From Pyrinomonadaceae bacterium (GTDB lineage Bacteria > Acidobacteriota > Blastocatellia > Pyrinomonadales > Pyrinomonadaceae): a stretch of DNA of 44,053 nucleotides. The stretch lies in contig JBAPXA010000280.1 in NCBI GenBank assembly GCA_049283975.1, positions 1 through 44,053 of the forward strand, given 5' to 3'. Shown in pieces: positions 24,355 through 31,989 of this stretch (within the stretch, counting starts at the first letter, position 1; each line of letters begins with the position of its first letter). Made by a program: the position numbers and the translations under genes. Under the pieces are notes generated by a model. It was not told the DNA's origin. It made no database searches and saw nothing but the letters and a program-made list of their open reading frames with translations.

Positions 24355-25362
24355 ATGACAAGCAGCGATAAAGCAATCAAACGCGGGTTGCATTTCATCT
24401 ATCGTATTGGCGGCACACGAGAAGGCTTCGATAGCTATGGCAGCTTGTTGATCTGCTGCTTCGCGCTCGTGGGCGCGACTTCGCGTGATGCGAGCCTCCG
24501 GCAACTCGCAAGGTCACGCGCTCATAAACTCGCCCGACGTTGGCGGCGTCTGCGTCCCGTTGTTCCACTCGACGCGACCACAAATCTGGTTCTCGATTTT
24601 GTAATGGTCAGCTACGCGCTTCGCCGGCTGGGCGTGCAGGATGTCGTACTCAACGCGCAAATACGCACTGCTATCAAACGGTTTTCCGTTGAGGACTTGC
24701 TCGGTTTCAACCCTGTCAAAGAGCCGCCTGCAGATGATCTGCCTTACCCATGCGACTGTGGCTTTAAGAATCAACGTGGCCGAAAGTTCTGCAAACAGTG
24801 CAAAAAGCGTCTAGAGAATCAGAGCCATTATCGAGTCTGGATGGAAGCGTTGGCCAACACTTACGTTGCGGGGCGGTGCGGCCTGCTCTTCGGAGCTGGA
24901 TATCTAGATGTCCTTAAGTGGCTGCCTAAGCTGCGCCCTTACCCGGATGGTGGAGGGAAAGAGGTTGAATTGTTGCGCGACGCCATTTATGCAGTCACAC
25001 ATGTTGTCTATGCCCTAAACGACTACGGCACTTATCGGCTACGCCCTGGTTGGCTGCCGCGGGAGTTTGAATTTTTGCAAGCGAATGTCGCCAGCGCTTG
25101 CGAGCGAGACGATCCGGAGATACTGGGCGAGTTGCTTGACGCGCTGCGAGCTTTTGGTTTGGACGCTACACACCCGCTGATAATGCGCGGCACTAGATAC
25201 TTTCTGGCGGCACAAAACAAGGATGGAAGTTGGGGTGATCCCGATGAGGAAAATATTCGCACGCGCTGCCACACGACCTGGACGGCGATTGATGGCTTAC
25301 GTACCTACGCCTGGCGCGGTGAGCGTTCGGCCTTTTCCAGACTCCGACCATTGCTGAAGTGA
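24355..25362 (+). CDS. Hypothetical helical protein with an embedded zinc ribbon and one prenyltransferase/terpene-cyclase-like (QW-like) repeat
   Basis: 335-aa ORF. Embedded CDCGFKNQRGRKFCKQCKKR (C-x-C-x10-C-x2-C). The C-terminal segment FLAAQNKDGSWGD resembles alpha/alpha-toroid repeat motifs. No obvious SD before the ATG. Family not assigned. Confidence 0.7.
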   Translation: MTSSDKAIKRGLHFIYRIGGTREGFDSYGSLLICCFALVGATSRDASLRQLARSRAHKLARRWRRLRPVVPLDATTNLVLDFVMVSYALRRLGVQDVVLNAQIRTAIKRFSVEDLLGFNPVKEPPADDLPYPCDCGFKNQRGRKFCKQCKKRLENQSHYRVWMEALANTYVAGRCGLLFGAGYLDVLKWLPKLRPYPDGGGKEVELLRDAIYAVTHVVYALNDYGTYRLRPGWLPREFEFLQANVASACERDDPEILGELLDALRAFGLDATHPLIMRGTRYFLAAQNKDGSWGDPDEENIRTRCHTTWTAIDGLRTYAWRGERSAFSRLRPLLK

Positions 25363-25381
25363 AGGGTTGGAATACAGTTCT

Positions 25382-26767
25382 TCACAATCCGCAGTTAACG
25401 CGATTAATGATGTTATCTTTTTTGAAGGCACCCCAACAGAGGCGCGCAATCTGCTGCGCCAGATTACAAGCGTAGAACTCTGCATGTGTTGCGGGCACAG
25501 TATTATTTGTCAACACTACTATTCCCATGCTTTCCCAGGTACCAGGATCAACGTACTGACCTTCGTCGGGCACGACCCACTTTTGAGCGCGCGCAATATA
25601 ACTCTGCCAGCCAAGCCATAGGCCTCGATGATACTCAGCTCGGCTTTCGAAGTTCTTGGTTACTGATCGACCGTTTGTCTGGACCTCGTCTTTGTACTTA
25701 TTGCGAATCAGGTTCCAGCCCGCGCCATATTCCAATTGCTTGCGATGCCGCAATTTCGCAGGCTCCCACAAAATACTCCTGGCCGCTATCGCGTTTCTCT
25801 CAGCCTTCACTAAAGACTTACAGACAGTCATTTGATCAAGCAGCGTCAAATGCGCGTCCCACTTAGCCATGTCCAGGATGGTTGAATGGATGTTGCCATC
25901 GCCATAGATGAAATTCAGCGGGCTATAGCCGACGGGAACATAGCCTTTGCCTTTCACCGGGTTGTAACACTTCGCGTGATGCACCACTTCGGGGGCCTTT
26001 TTCCCGAACCTCGACGTTTCATCAAAAACATAGGTGCTATCCATACCCACAACAGAAAAGACCTTCTCCTTGAGAACTTCAGAGAGTCGTTGTTTGCTGG
26101 CTCTGTGCACAAGTTCTGCCAGCAGTACATAACCTGTATTTGAGTATTCAAAGTCTACATCAGGCTCTCGGGGTAGAAGTCTTTGCAGAGCAACCAAGTC
26201 GAGGACGTCTCTATTCGTGAGTTCCTTGACTCTCTTTCTGTGGGGCATCTGCGGATACCAATCATCGCGCCGTACCATAACCTTATCGTACCAATCTTCC
26301 GCTGCGCGTCTGGCGGCAACGTGGAGATCTACATAATCAGGTAGAGCGGAGGTATGGTGGATTAGATGCTTGATGGTGATTCGATCGGCATAACGCGGCA
26401 GGCCGCGAAAGAATTTCGAAATAGGGGTGTCTAACTCGGATTCCTTGAAGATGCTAAGGACCGCAAAGGCGGTGAATTGCTTCGAAATCGAGCCAAGGTC
26501 AAAAACCGTTTGAGGAGTAATCTTCTCCCCCGTTTCAAGATTCGCATAACCGTACCCGCTGAGGTGGATGAGCTCGTCGCCCTTCCTGACCATCACCGCG
26601 GCACCGGGAACTCTGCCGGTCTTTCTTTTGTGCTTTGGTAACGAGGCTCGCAAGTTTTTCAAGTACGCGTTCATTAGATCATCAATACGCGGATCGTTGG
26701 GCAGCGCATTGAGATCAAACTGAGTGATCTTGCGGACTCTCTTTTTATAGACTTCCTTCAGACTCAT
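25382..26767 (-). CDS. Serine hydrolase, beta-lactamase/transpeptidase-like family (PF00144-like), no signal peptide
   Basis: S-x-x-K motif SISKQF and Y-x-N motif YSNTGYVLLAELV. N-terminus is basic rather than hydrophobic (MSLKEVYKKRVRK). 461 aa. Paralog of the upstream gene. Confidence 0.88.
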   Translation of the reverse strand: MSLKEVYKKRVRKITQFDLNALPNDPRIDDLMNAYLKNLRASLPKHKRKTGRVPGAAVMVRKGDELIHLSGYGYANLETGEKITPQTVFDLGSISKQFTAFAVLSIFKESELDTPISKFFRGLPRYADRITIKHLIHHTSALPDYVDLHVAARRAAEDWYDKVMVRRDDWYPQMPHRKRVKELTNRDVLDLVALQRLLPREPDVDFEYSNTGYVLLAELVHRASKQRLSEVLKEKVFSVVGMDSTYVFDETSRFGKKAPEVVHHAKCYNPVKGKGYVPVGYSPLNFIYGDGNIHSTILDMAKWDAHLTLLDQMTVCKSLVKAERNAIAARSILWEPAKLRHRKQLEYGAGWNLIRNKYKDEVQTNGRSVTKNFESRAEYHRGLWLGWQSYIARAQKWVVPDEGQYVDPGTWESMGIVVLTNNTVPATHAEFYACNLAQQIARLCWGAFKKDNIINRVNCGL

Positions 26768-26836
26768 GTTGTGACTTCCAGCAAACCTGGCCCGCTTGGG
26801 ATCTGCGCGATACTTGATAGTTTCAACGGTTCAGCA

Positions 26837-28144
26837 CTAGCCACAATTGAATCTGTTCATGATGTTGTCTTTTTTCCACTTGCCCAGGTATAGCTTTGAT
26901 ATCTCTTGGGCGATGCGACAGGGAGTGAAGAATTCGTCTCCAAAGTCCGCATTGGCGAGCACGATGATACCCAAACTCTCGGCTCGCTTCGCGTTGATGC
27001 GCCTGCCGCCCAATGGCACAACCCATTTCGAGCAGCGCGCGATGAAACTGCGCCAGCCTAACCATTCGCCGCGATGGTATTCAGCACGAGTCTCGTGCTT
27101 TCTCATCACTGACTTCCCACCGATTTCAACAAGCTCTTGATGCTTTTCACGCAACAAGCGCCAACCTGCCCCATAGTTCACGGTCTTCCGACCTTTTATC
27201 AGCACCGGCGACCACAACAGCTCACGAGCCGGCAGGTGGTAATCCAACGTATGGAGAAATCTCTCCCATTTGGCCAAGTCCACAATCGTTGAGTGAACGT
27301 TGCCGTCGCCGTTGATAAAGTTCAGCGGCGTATAGCCGACCGGAACAAAGCGACCGTTTACGCGGTTGTAGCATCTGGCATGTCGCGCTGTTTGCGGGTC
27401 CTCGGGGCGATAACGACGAGTTTCATCGAAGACATAAGTACCATTCATAATCTGATCGATGCCGAAGAGAACTGTTTCGCCGACGTAATCGGAGAAAGAC
27501 TGTTGGGCTATTCGTTCCACCAGTTCCGCCAGCAAGACATAGCCGGTATTTGAGTAGCCATATTCAGTGTCGGGAGGTCGTACTCGTTTCCGCGTTGCTA
27601 ACCATTCGAGCACTTGCTTATTCGTAATCTCTTTCGGGTACCGATTCGGCATTTCTGGATACCAATCGTCAGGCTCTTTGAGAGCTTTGTCGTACCAACC
27701 CTTTGCCTCTGGCCACAGTTTCTCAAAGATGTCGACGTATTCCGGAAGTGAAGAGGTGTGGTGAAGCAAGTCCTCTATCGTGATGGCGTCGGCCCAACGC
27801 GGAAACTCGGTGAAGTACTTAGAAATACGATCGTTGATATCGAGATCATTGTGGATGACAAGGTTGTAAATAGCGGCGGCGGTAAACTGCTTCGATAGTG
27901 AACCCAGATCAAAAATTGTCCGGGGTGTAATTTTCTTTCCGGTTTCAAGATTTGCGTAACCGTAGCAGTTGAGATGGACAATCCTTTTTTTCCAACGAAC
28001 GGCGACGGCTACTCCCGGAACGCGGTCGTTCTTCCCAGGAACAAAGCCGTATAAGTTGTTGAGATAGTCGTTGACGATCTTGTCGATCCGCTGCTGCTTA
28101 GGTGGCGGTTTAGGCTTACGTCTTTGGACTTTTTTCGAAGCCAT
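26837..28144 (-). CDS. Serine hydrolase, beta-lactamase/transpeptidase-like family (PF00144-like), no signal peptide
   Basis: The track ORF runs to 28582, but that extension crosses the intergenic repeat. Preferred start is ATG 28144 with ggagg 5 nt upstream (MASKKVQRRKPKPPPKQQ). Motifs SLSKQF and YSNTGYVLLAELV. Confidence 0.88.
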   Translation of the reverse strand: MASKKVQRRKPKPPPKQQRIDKIVNDYLNNLYGFVPGKNDRVPGVAVAVRWKKRIVHLNCYGYANLETGKKITPRTIFDLGSLSKQFTAAAIYNLVIHNDLDINDRISKYFTEFPRWADAITIEDLLHHTSSLPEYVDIFEKLWPEAKGWYDKALKEPDDWYPEMPNRYPKEITNKQVLEWLATRKRVRPPDTEYGYSNTGYVLLAELVERIAQQSFSDYVGETVLFGIDQIMNGTYVFDETRRYRPEDPQTARHARCYNRVNGRFVPVGYTPLNFINGDGNVHSTIVDLAKWERFLHTLDYHLPARELLWSPVLIKGRKTVNYGAGWRLLREKHQELVEIGGKSVMRKHETRAEYHRGEWLGWRSFIARCSKWVVPLGGRRINAKRAESLGIIVLANADFGDEFFTPCRIAQEISKLYLGKWKKDNIMNRFNCG

Positions 28145-28229
28145 ACGTGCCTCCAGGGGGAAACTGAGTGTGGCGAGTCGGCATACTAAGGCAATAGCGT
28201 CAGCAAGCAAACAAGAATTCGCAAGTGGT

Positions 28230-28372
28230 GCGGCTTGCCGCCACCCGTGCGGTAAGGCTTGCCTTACCGAGCAGATTTCTATTTGTTTTGCGCGAGGCTG
28301 AGCCTCGCGCTGGAAATGGAGGTGATTGGTCGGTAAGGTAAACCTTACCGCACGGATGGGCGGCCAAGCCGC
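28230..28372. repeat. About 143-bp imperfect palindrome centred between the divergent hydrolase and kinase genes
   Basis: Left arm gcggcttgccgccacccgtgcggtaaggcttgccttaccg (28230..28269). Central hairpin gcgcgaggc-tga-gcctcgcgc (28290..28310). Right arm cggtaaggtaaaccttaccgcacggatgggcggccaagccgc (28331..28372). The hairpin types match those at 20945..21030. Confidence 0.7.
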
Positions 28373-28414
28373 TGATGTTCTGCCGCCTTCCGATCTTGCT
28401 CCGCAGCCCATGAA

Positions 28415-28447
28415 GGGGTTGACACGCCAACGATTGCACGTTAGGAA
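28415..28447 (+). promoter_or_regulatory. Second copy of the conserved box ggggTTGACAcgccaacgattgcacg upstream of a kinase gene
   Basis: 28415..28440 is identical to 21055..21080. TTGACA is at 28419..28424; the hexamer 17 bp downstream is taggaa. ATG is at 28475. Confidence 0.4.
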
Positions 28448-28474
28448 ATCACTGCGCACGCTGCGAAGACCAAC

Positions 28475-31129
28475 ATGGCTGATTCCACAATCGATGTCGG
28501 GACAACTCTCTCCCACTACCGCATCACTGCGAAGATTGGAGAAGGCGGCATGGGTGAGGTATATCGCGCGCGTGATCTCCAACTCAACCGAGATGTTGCG
28601 TTAAAGGTCTTGCCTGACGCGGTCTCCGGCAATTCCGATCGGCTCAGACGCTTTGAGCTTGAAGCGCAAAGCACGTCGGACCTCAACCACCCCAACATCC
28701 TCACGATTTTCGACATCGGTACGTACAACGGCAGCTCATTCATTGTTTCGGAGTTGCTCGAAGGCGAGACCCTGCGCGAGCATCTGCAGACTACTGTGCT
28801 CGCCCCGCGGCGCGCCACGGATTACGCGGTGCAAATTGCTCGAGGCCTCGCGGCCGCACACGAGCGCGGCGTGATTCATCGCGATCTCAAACCGGATAAT
28901 ATTTTCATCACCGCTGATGGACGCGTGAAGATTCTCGATTTTGGCCTGGCCAAACTTGTGGAACCTGCTCAAGAGGTTGAGGCGCAAACCAACGTGCCAA
29001 CTCGCAAAGTTGGCACCGAACCCGGCGCGATCATGGGCACAGTTGGGTACATGTCGCCCGAGCAGGCTGCTGGTCGGCGCGTCGATCACCGTTCGGACAT
29101 CTTTTCGTTCGGCGCGGTGCTTTACGAAATGTTGACCGGCGTGCGCGCCTTTCATCGCGACACCGCGATCGAAACGCTCAACGCGATCCTTAAAGAAGAT
29201 CCGCAGGAATTTACCGCGATTACAACGCGAATGATTCCGCCGGCATTAGAAACTGTGGTTTGGCATTGCCTGGAGAAAAAGCCGGAACGACGTTTTCAGT
29301 CTGTGTCTGACGCCGCTTTTGCACTTGAAGCGCTTTCGGGTCATTCCGGATCGACCTCGAGAACTGTTATTTCACCGGCCTTAACCGAACGGTGGTGGAG
29401 CGAGCGTCTCATTTGGATTGGAGTGACCTCTCTGCTTGTAGTCGCTGCGGCCACTCTCGCCTTTCTATATTTCACACGAGGGAAATCGAGTTCGCGTCCA
29501 GTTCGCCTTGCGCTTTCGACACCCGAAAAAGCAAGTCTGCCAGGACGAGTCACGATTTCGCCTGATGGGCTGAGCGTCGCGTTTCTCGCAAATAACACGG
29601 AAGGAAAACGGCTGCTCTGGGTGCGACAACTTGATTCCATAAACGCTCAGCAACTGGCAGGAACCGAGGGCGCGAACTCGCCTTTTTGGTCTCCAGACAG
29701 CCACTCGCTCGGCTACTTTGTTGCGGACAAACTTTTTAAGGTTGACGCCGCGGGCGGAAGACCGCAGGCGTTATGCGATGTTACAGAGATTAGCGGGGGC
29801 GCCTGGAGTTCAGACGGAACGATTCTCTTTGGTAGTGGCGATGGCCTCTTGCGTGTCTCCGCTCAGGGTGGTTCTCCTGCGCTGGCAACGAAAGTGGCTG
29901 CCAAAGAAGAGGCTCACCGTTGGCCCTATTTCTTGCCCGACGGCCATCACTTTGTGTTTCTCGCAGACGCCGAGCGCACCGAAGACCATCACATCCGAGT
30001 TGGCTCGTTAGATTCGCAAGAGAGTCAAATCCTCTTTTCAGGTATCACCCGGATCGCTTATGCCCCCCCTGGTTATCTCTTATACGTGAGCCAGGGCGCG
30101 CTCGTTGCTCATCCCTTCGATGTTCGCGCTTTGAAGGTCACTGGTGATCCCGTGCCCGTCGCCGACCACATCGCGCAGTTGGGAGGCCATCATGAGTTTG
30201 ATTTCTCGGTATCCGACAACGGCGTGCTTGCCTACCAGTCCGGCAGCAACACCTCGCAGCTGACATGGTTTGATCGAGAGGGAAAGAAACTCGGCACTGT
30301 GGGCGAGTCTGCAGATTATTCGACAGTCGCCCTTTCACCTGATGGGCATCGCGTCGCCGTTGGGCTTTTGGATGCCGATGGGCGCGCCCAGGATTTGTGG
30401 GTGGCGGACGTCTCGCGTGGGAATCTGAGCCGCTTAACCTTTGATCCGCAATCGGACGGCGATGCTGTGTGGTCGCGAGACGGAAGCCAGATTGTCTTTA
30501 GCTCCAATCGCGCTGGTGACGGTTTTACCCACCTCTATCTCAAAGCCGCTGGGGGCGCGGGTGAAGAGCAGGTCATCTACAAGTCTGAAGCCTCAAAATT
30601 CCCTACCGATTGGTCGTCAGACGGAAAATCGATACTTTTCGAAAACTGGAAGAAAGGAGGGCAGGTGTGGATCTTGACGCGGACCAGTGATTGGGAAGCG
30701 AAACCGGTGCTGCAAACCGAGTCGTTCAGTCAGTTTCAAGCTGTCTTCTCCCCAAACGGACGTTTTGTCGCTTATGTTTCCAACGAGTCCGGGCGGGCAG
30801 AGGTCTATGTGCAAACATTTCCTACCTCTGGTGATAAGTGGCAAGTCTCTACCGCGGGAGGCGGTTATCCACGCTGGCGAGGGAAGGAACTTTATTACGT
30901 TACCGAAGATGGACGGCTGATGGCCGTTGAAACCACGACCGAGGGCAAATTCAATCTTGGAGTGCCAAAGCAGCTTCTGCAGACAAATATCAAAATGATT
31001 GGTGGCCTTGGTTATCCCTTCTCGGTTTCACCGGATGGCCAACGCTTCCTTATCAATACGCGCGTTGAAGCTAGCAACCTCGCGCCGATGACGATTGTGC
31101 TTAATTGGGCGGAAGGGTTGAAGAAGTAA
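28475..31129 (+). CDS. Ser/Thr protein kinase with a TM helix and a TolB-like (PD40/WD40-like) beta-propeller sensor domain
   Basis: Hanks motifs GEGGMGEVYRA, VALKVL, HRDLKPDNI, DFGLA, GTVGYMSPE. TM LIWIGVTSLLVVAAATLAFLYF. PD40-like repeats (ISPDGLSVAF, WSPDSHSLGY, LSPDGHRVAV, WSRDGSQIVFSSNR, FSPNGRFVAYVSNESGRAEVYV). Confidence 0.92.
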   Translation: MADSTIDVGTTLSHYRITAKIGEGGMGEVYRARDLQLNRDVALKVLPDAVSGNSDRLRRFELEAQSTSDLNHPNILTIFDIGTYNGSSFIVSELLEGETLREHLQTTVLAPRRATDYAVQIARGLAAAHERGVIHRDLKPDNIFITADGRVKILDFGLAKLVEPAQEVEAQTNVPTRKVGTEPGAIMGTVGYMSPEQAAGRRVDHRSDIFSFGAVLYEMLTGVRAFHRDTAIETLNAILKEDPQEFTAITTRMIPPALETVVWHCLEKKPERRFQSVSDAAFALEALSGHSGSTSRTVISPALTERWWSERLIWIGVTSLLVVAAATLAFLYFTRGKSSSRPVRLALSTPEKASLPGRVTISPDGLSVAFLANNTEGKRLLWVRQLDSINAQQLAGTEGANSPFWSPDSHSLGYFVADKLFKVDAAGGRPQALCDVTEISGGAWSSDGTILFGSGDGLLRVSAQGGSPALATKVAAKEEAHRWPYFLPDGHHFVFLADAERTEDHHIRVGSLDSQESQILFSGITRIAYAPPGYLLYVSQGALVAHPFDVRALKVTGDPVPVADHIAQLGGHHEFDFSVSDNGVLAYQSGSNTSQLTWFDREGKKLGTVGESADYSTVALSPDGHRVAVGLLDADGRAQDLWVADVSRGNLSRLTFDPQSDGDAVWSRDGSQIVFSSNRAGDGFTHLYLKAAGGAGEEQVIYKSEASKFPTDWSSDGKSILFENWKKGGQVWILTRTSDWEAKPVLQTESFSQFQAVFSPNGRFVAYVSNESGRAEVYVQTFPTSGDKWQVSTAGGGYPRWRGKELYYVTEDGRLMAVETTTEGKFNLGVPKQLLQTNIKMIGGLGYPFSVSPDGQRFLINTRVEASNLAPMTIVLNWAEGLKK

Positions 31130-31140
31130 GCCGGACGGGA

Positions 31141-31322
31141 GAAGGCAGTTGGCAGAAGGCAGGGGCAGGAGGCAGGAGCAGGTAGGAACGCTCAACTCTA
31201 TTTCCTCACAGGTTAGGAATTCATCTTGAACCATTCCTGCGCGAATGTTCCAAGCCTGCCGTCTGCCCCTGCTCCTGCCTCCTGCCCTTGCTCCTGCCTC
31301 CTGTATTCTGGCTCCTGTCTCC
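31141..31322. repeat. GGCAG-rich arm and its complementary CCTGC-rich arm (long-range inverted repeat with internal tandem repeats)
   Basis: A 20-bp perfect inverted repeat: gggcaggaggcaggagcagg (31163..31182) versus cctgctcctgcctcctgccc (31268..31287), 85 nt apart. In the right arm, gctcctgcctcctg occurs at 31271 and 31290 (period 19). Confidence 0.65.
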
Positions 31323-31330
31323 TAAAGCAA

Positions 31331-31361
31331 AAACCCACGCCATCTTTCGATGCGTGGGTTT
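31331..31361 (-). terminator. Terminator-like hairpin downstream of the small minus-strand gene
   Basis: aaacccacgccatc / gatgcgtgggttt (one bulge) with loop tttc. On the minus strand it is followed by ttgcttt. Confidence 0.5.
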
Positions 31362-31431
31362 AGGAAGCGCCACTAGTTCAACCTAAGTAAGAACTATTCA
31401 ATGCTGCTCAACAGATTACCGAGCAGCTCGG

Positions 31432-31647
31432 TCAGGGTTTTCCCTTTTTGCCGTCGTTTCTTCTTTTGTCTCCCTGATTCGAGTTTTGGGGCGGCTTCCC
31501 TTTTGGCTCAACGACGACCTTAGTGTCCTGCGGTTTTTGGGGCCGTTTGTCTTGCTCTCTTCTTTGGGCGAAAGCGCCAAACGATACGACGCCCGTCATT
31601 ACGACCGACATCGCCACCGCCATCAACTTTCGTCTTAAATTCGTCAT
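31432..31647 (-). CDS. Small secreted Lys/Pro/Gln-rich protein
   Basis: ORF is 31432..31674 (GTG). Preferred start is ATG 31647 (MTNLRRKLMAVAMSVVMTGVVSFGAFAQ signal peptide), with ggagg 11 nt upstream. The mature part is low-complexity and basic. Confidence 0.55.
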   Translation of the reverse strand: MTNLRRKLMAVAMSVVMTGVVSFGAFAQRREQDKRPQKPQDTKVVVEPKGKPPQNSNQGDKRRNDGKKGKP

Positions 31648-31883
31648 AATCTCTAATGCCTCCTCAGCTCCCACTCAGCGCTTGGGAGAGGAGAAGAGTT
31701 GCGCCGCTGTTACCTTGAGCAACATGGATGCCAAGAAGGAAGACCTTCTCCAAGGTCTTTAGTTTCGCACAATCTCGGCCTATTCTCGCTTGAAAAACCC
31801 ACCGCCTGACCCCGTTTCGCGACGGCTCGCACGGTATCGTGCACGCGGCGATGGCGGGCGAGCTTTATGAGATGCCGCTTTTC

Positions 31884-31973
31884 GGGATCGCGGGCGTCCC
31901 GATGCAATGAGCGCGGAGCGAAGAGCCGGCGACAGCAGGAGACCCAGACTGCGGGCGAGACGCCCGCGATCCC
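31884..31973. repeat. GC-rich inverted repeat / hairpins 3' of the beta-propeller gene
   Basis: gggatcgcgggcg (31884..31896) is the perfect reverse complement of cgcccgcgatccc (31961..31973). There is also a local hairpin gcgggcg-aga-cgcccgc (31951..31967). No U-tract follows on the minus strand. Confidence 0.5.
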
Positions 31974-31989
31974 AATTGCTGGCGCGATC

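Noticed and set aside
23468-24504. Track ORFs lying in the hairpin elements (23468..23743, 23506..23724, 23567..23758, 24158..24358, 24193..24504)
   Set aside because: They are translations of GC-rich palindromic repeats, occur on both strands over the same DNA, and lack RBS or family resemblance.
26788-26799. 12-nt match (tggcccgcttgg) to the tRNA-Val 5' region, between the two hydrolase paralogs
   Set aside because: It is too short to distinguish from chance with confidence and no other tRNA-like sequence is adjacent. It is noted only because of the 15-mer at 16016.
28145-28582. N-terminal 146-aa extension of track ORF 26837..28582, which would overlap the kinase start region
   Set aside because: The extension reads through the intergenic palindromic repeats and the kinase promoter box and start. 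The internal ATG 28144 has a ggagg RBS, and the paralog aligns from there. The extension is treated as spurious.
31141-31322. Possibility that the GGCAG/CCTGC repeats (also at 20872..20918) form a CRISPR array
   Set aside because: There is no regular repeat-spacer periodicity, the units are degenerate and of low complexity, and the window contains no cas genes.
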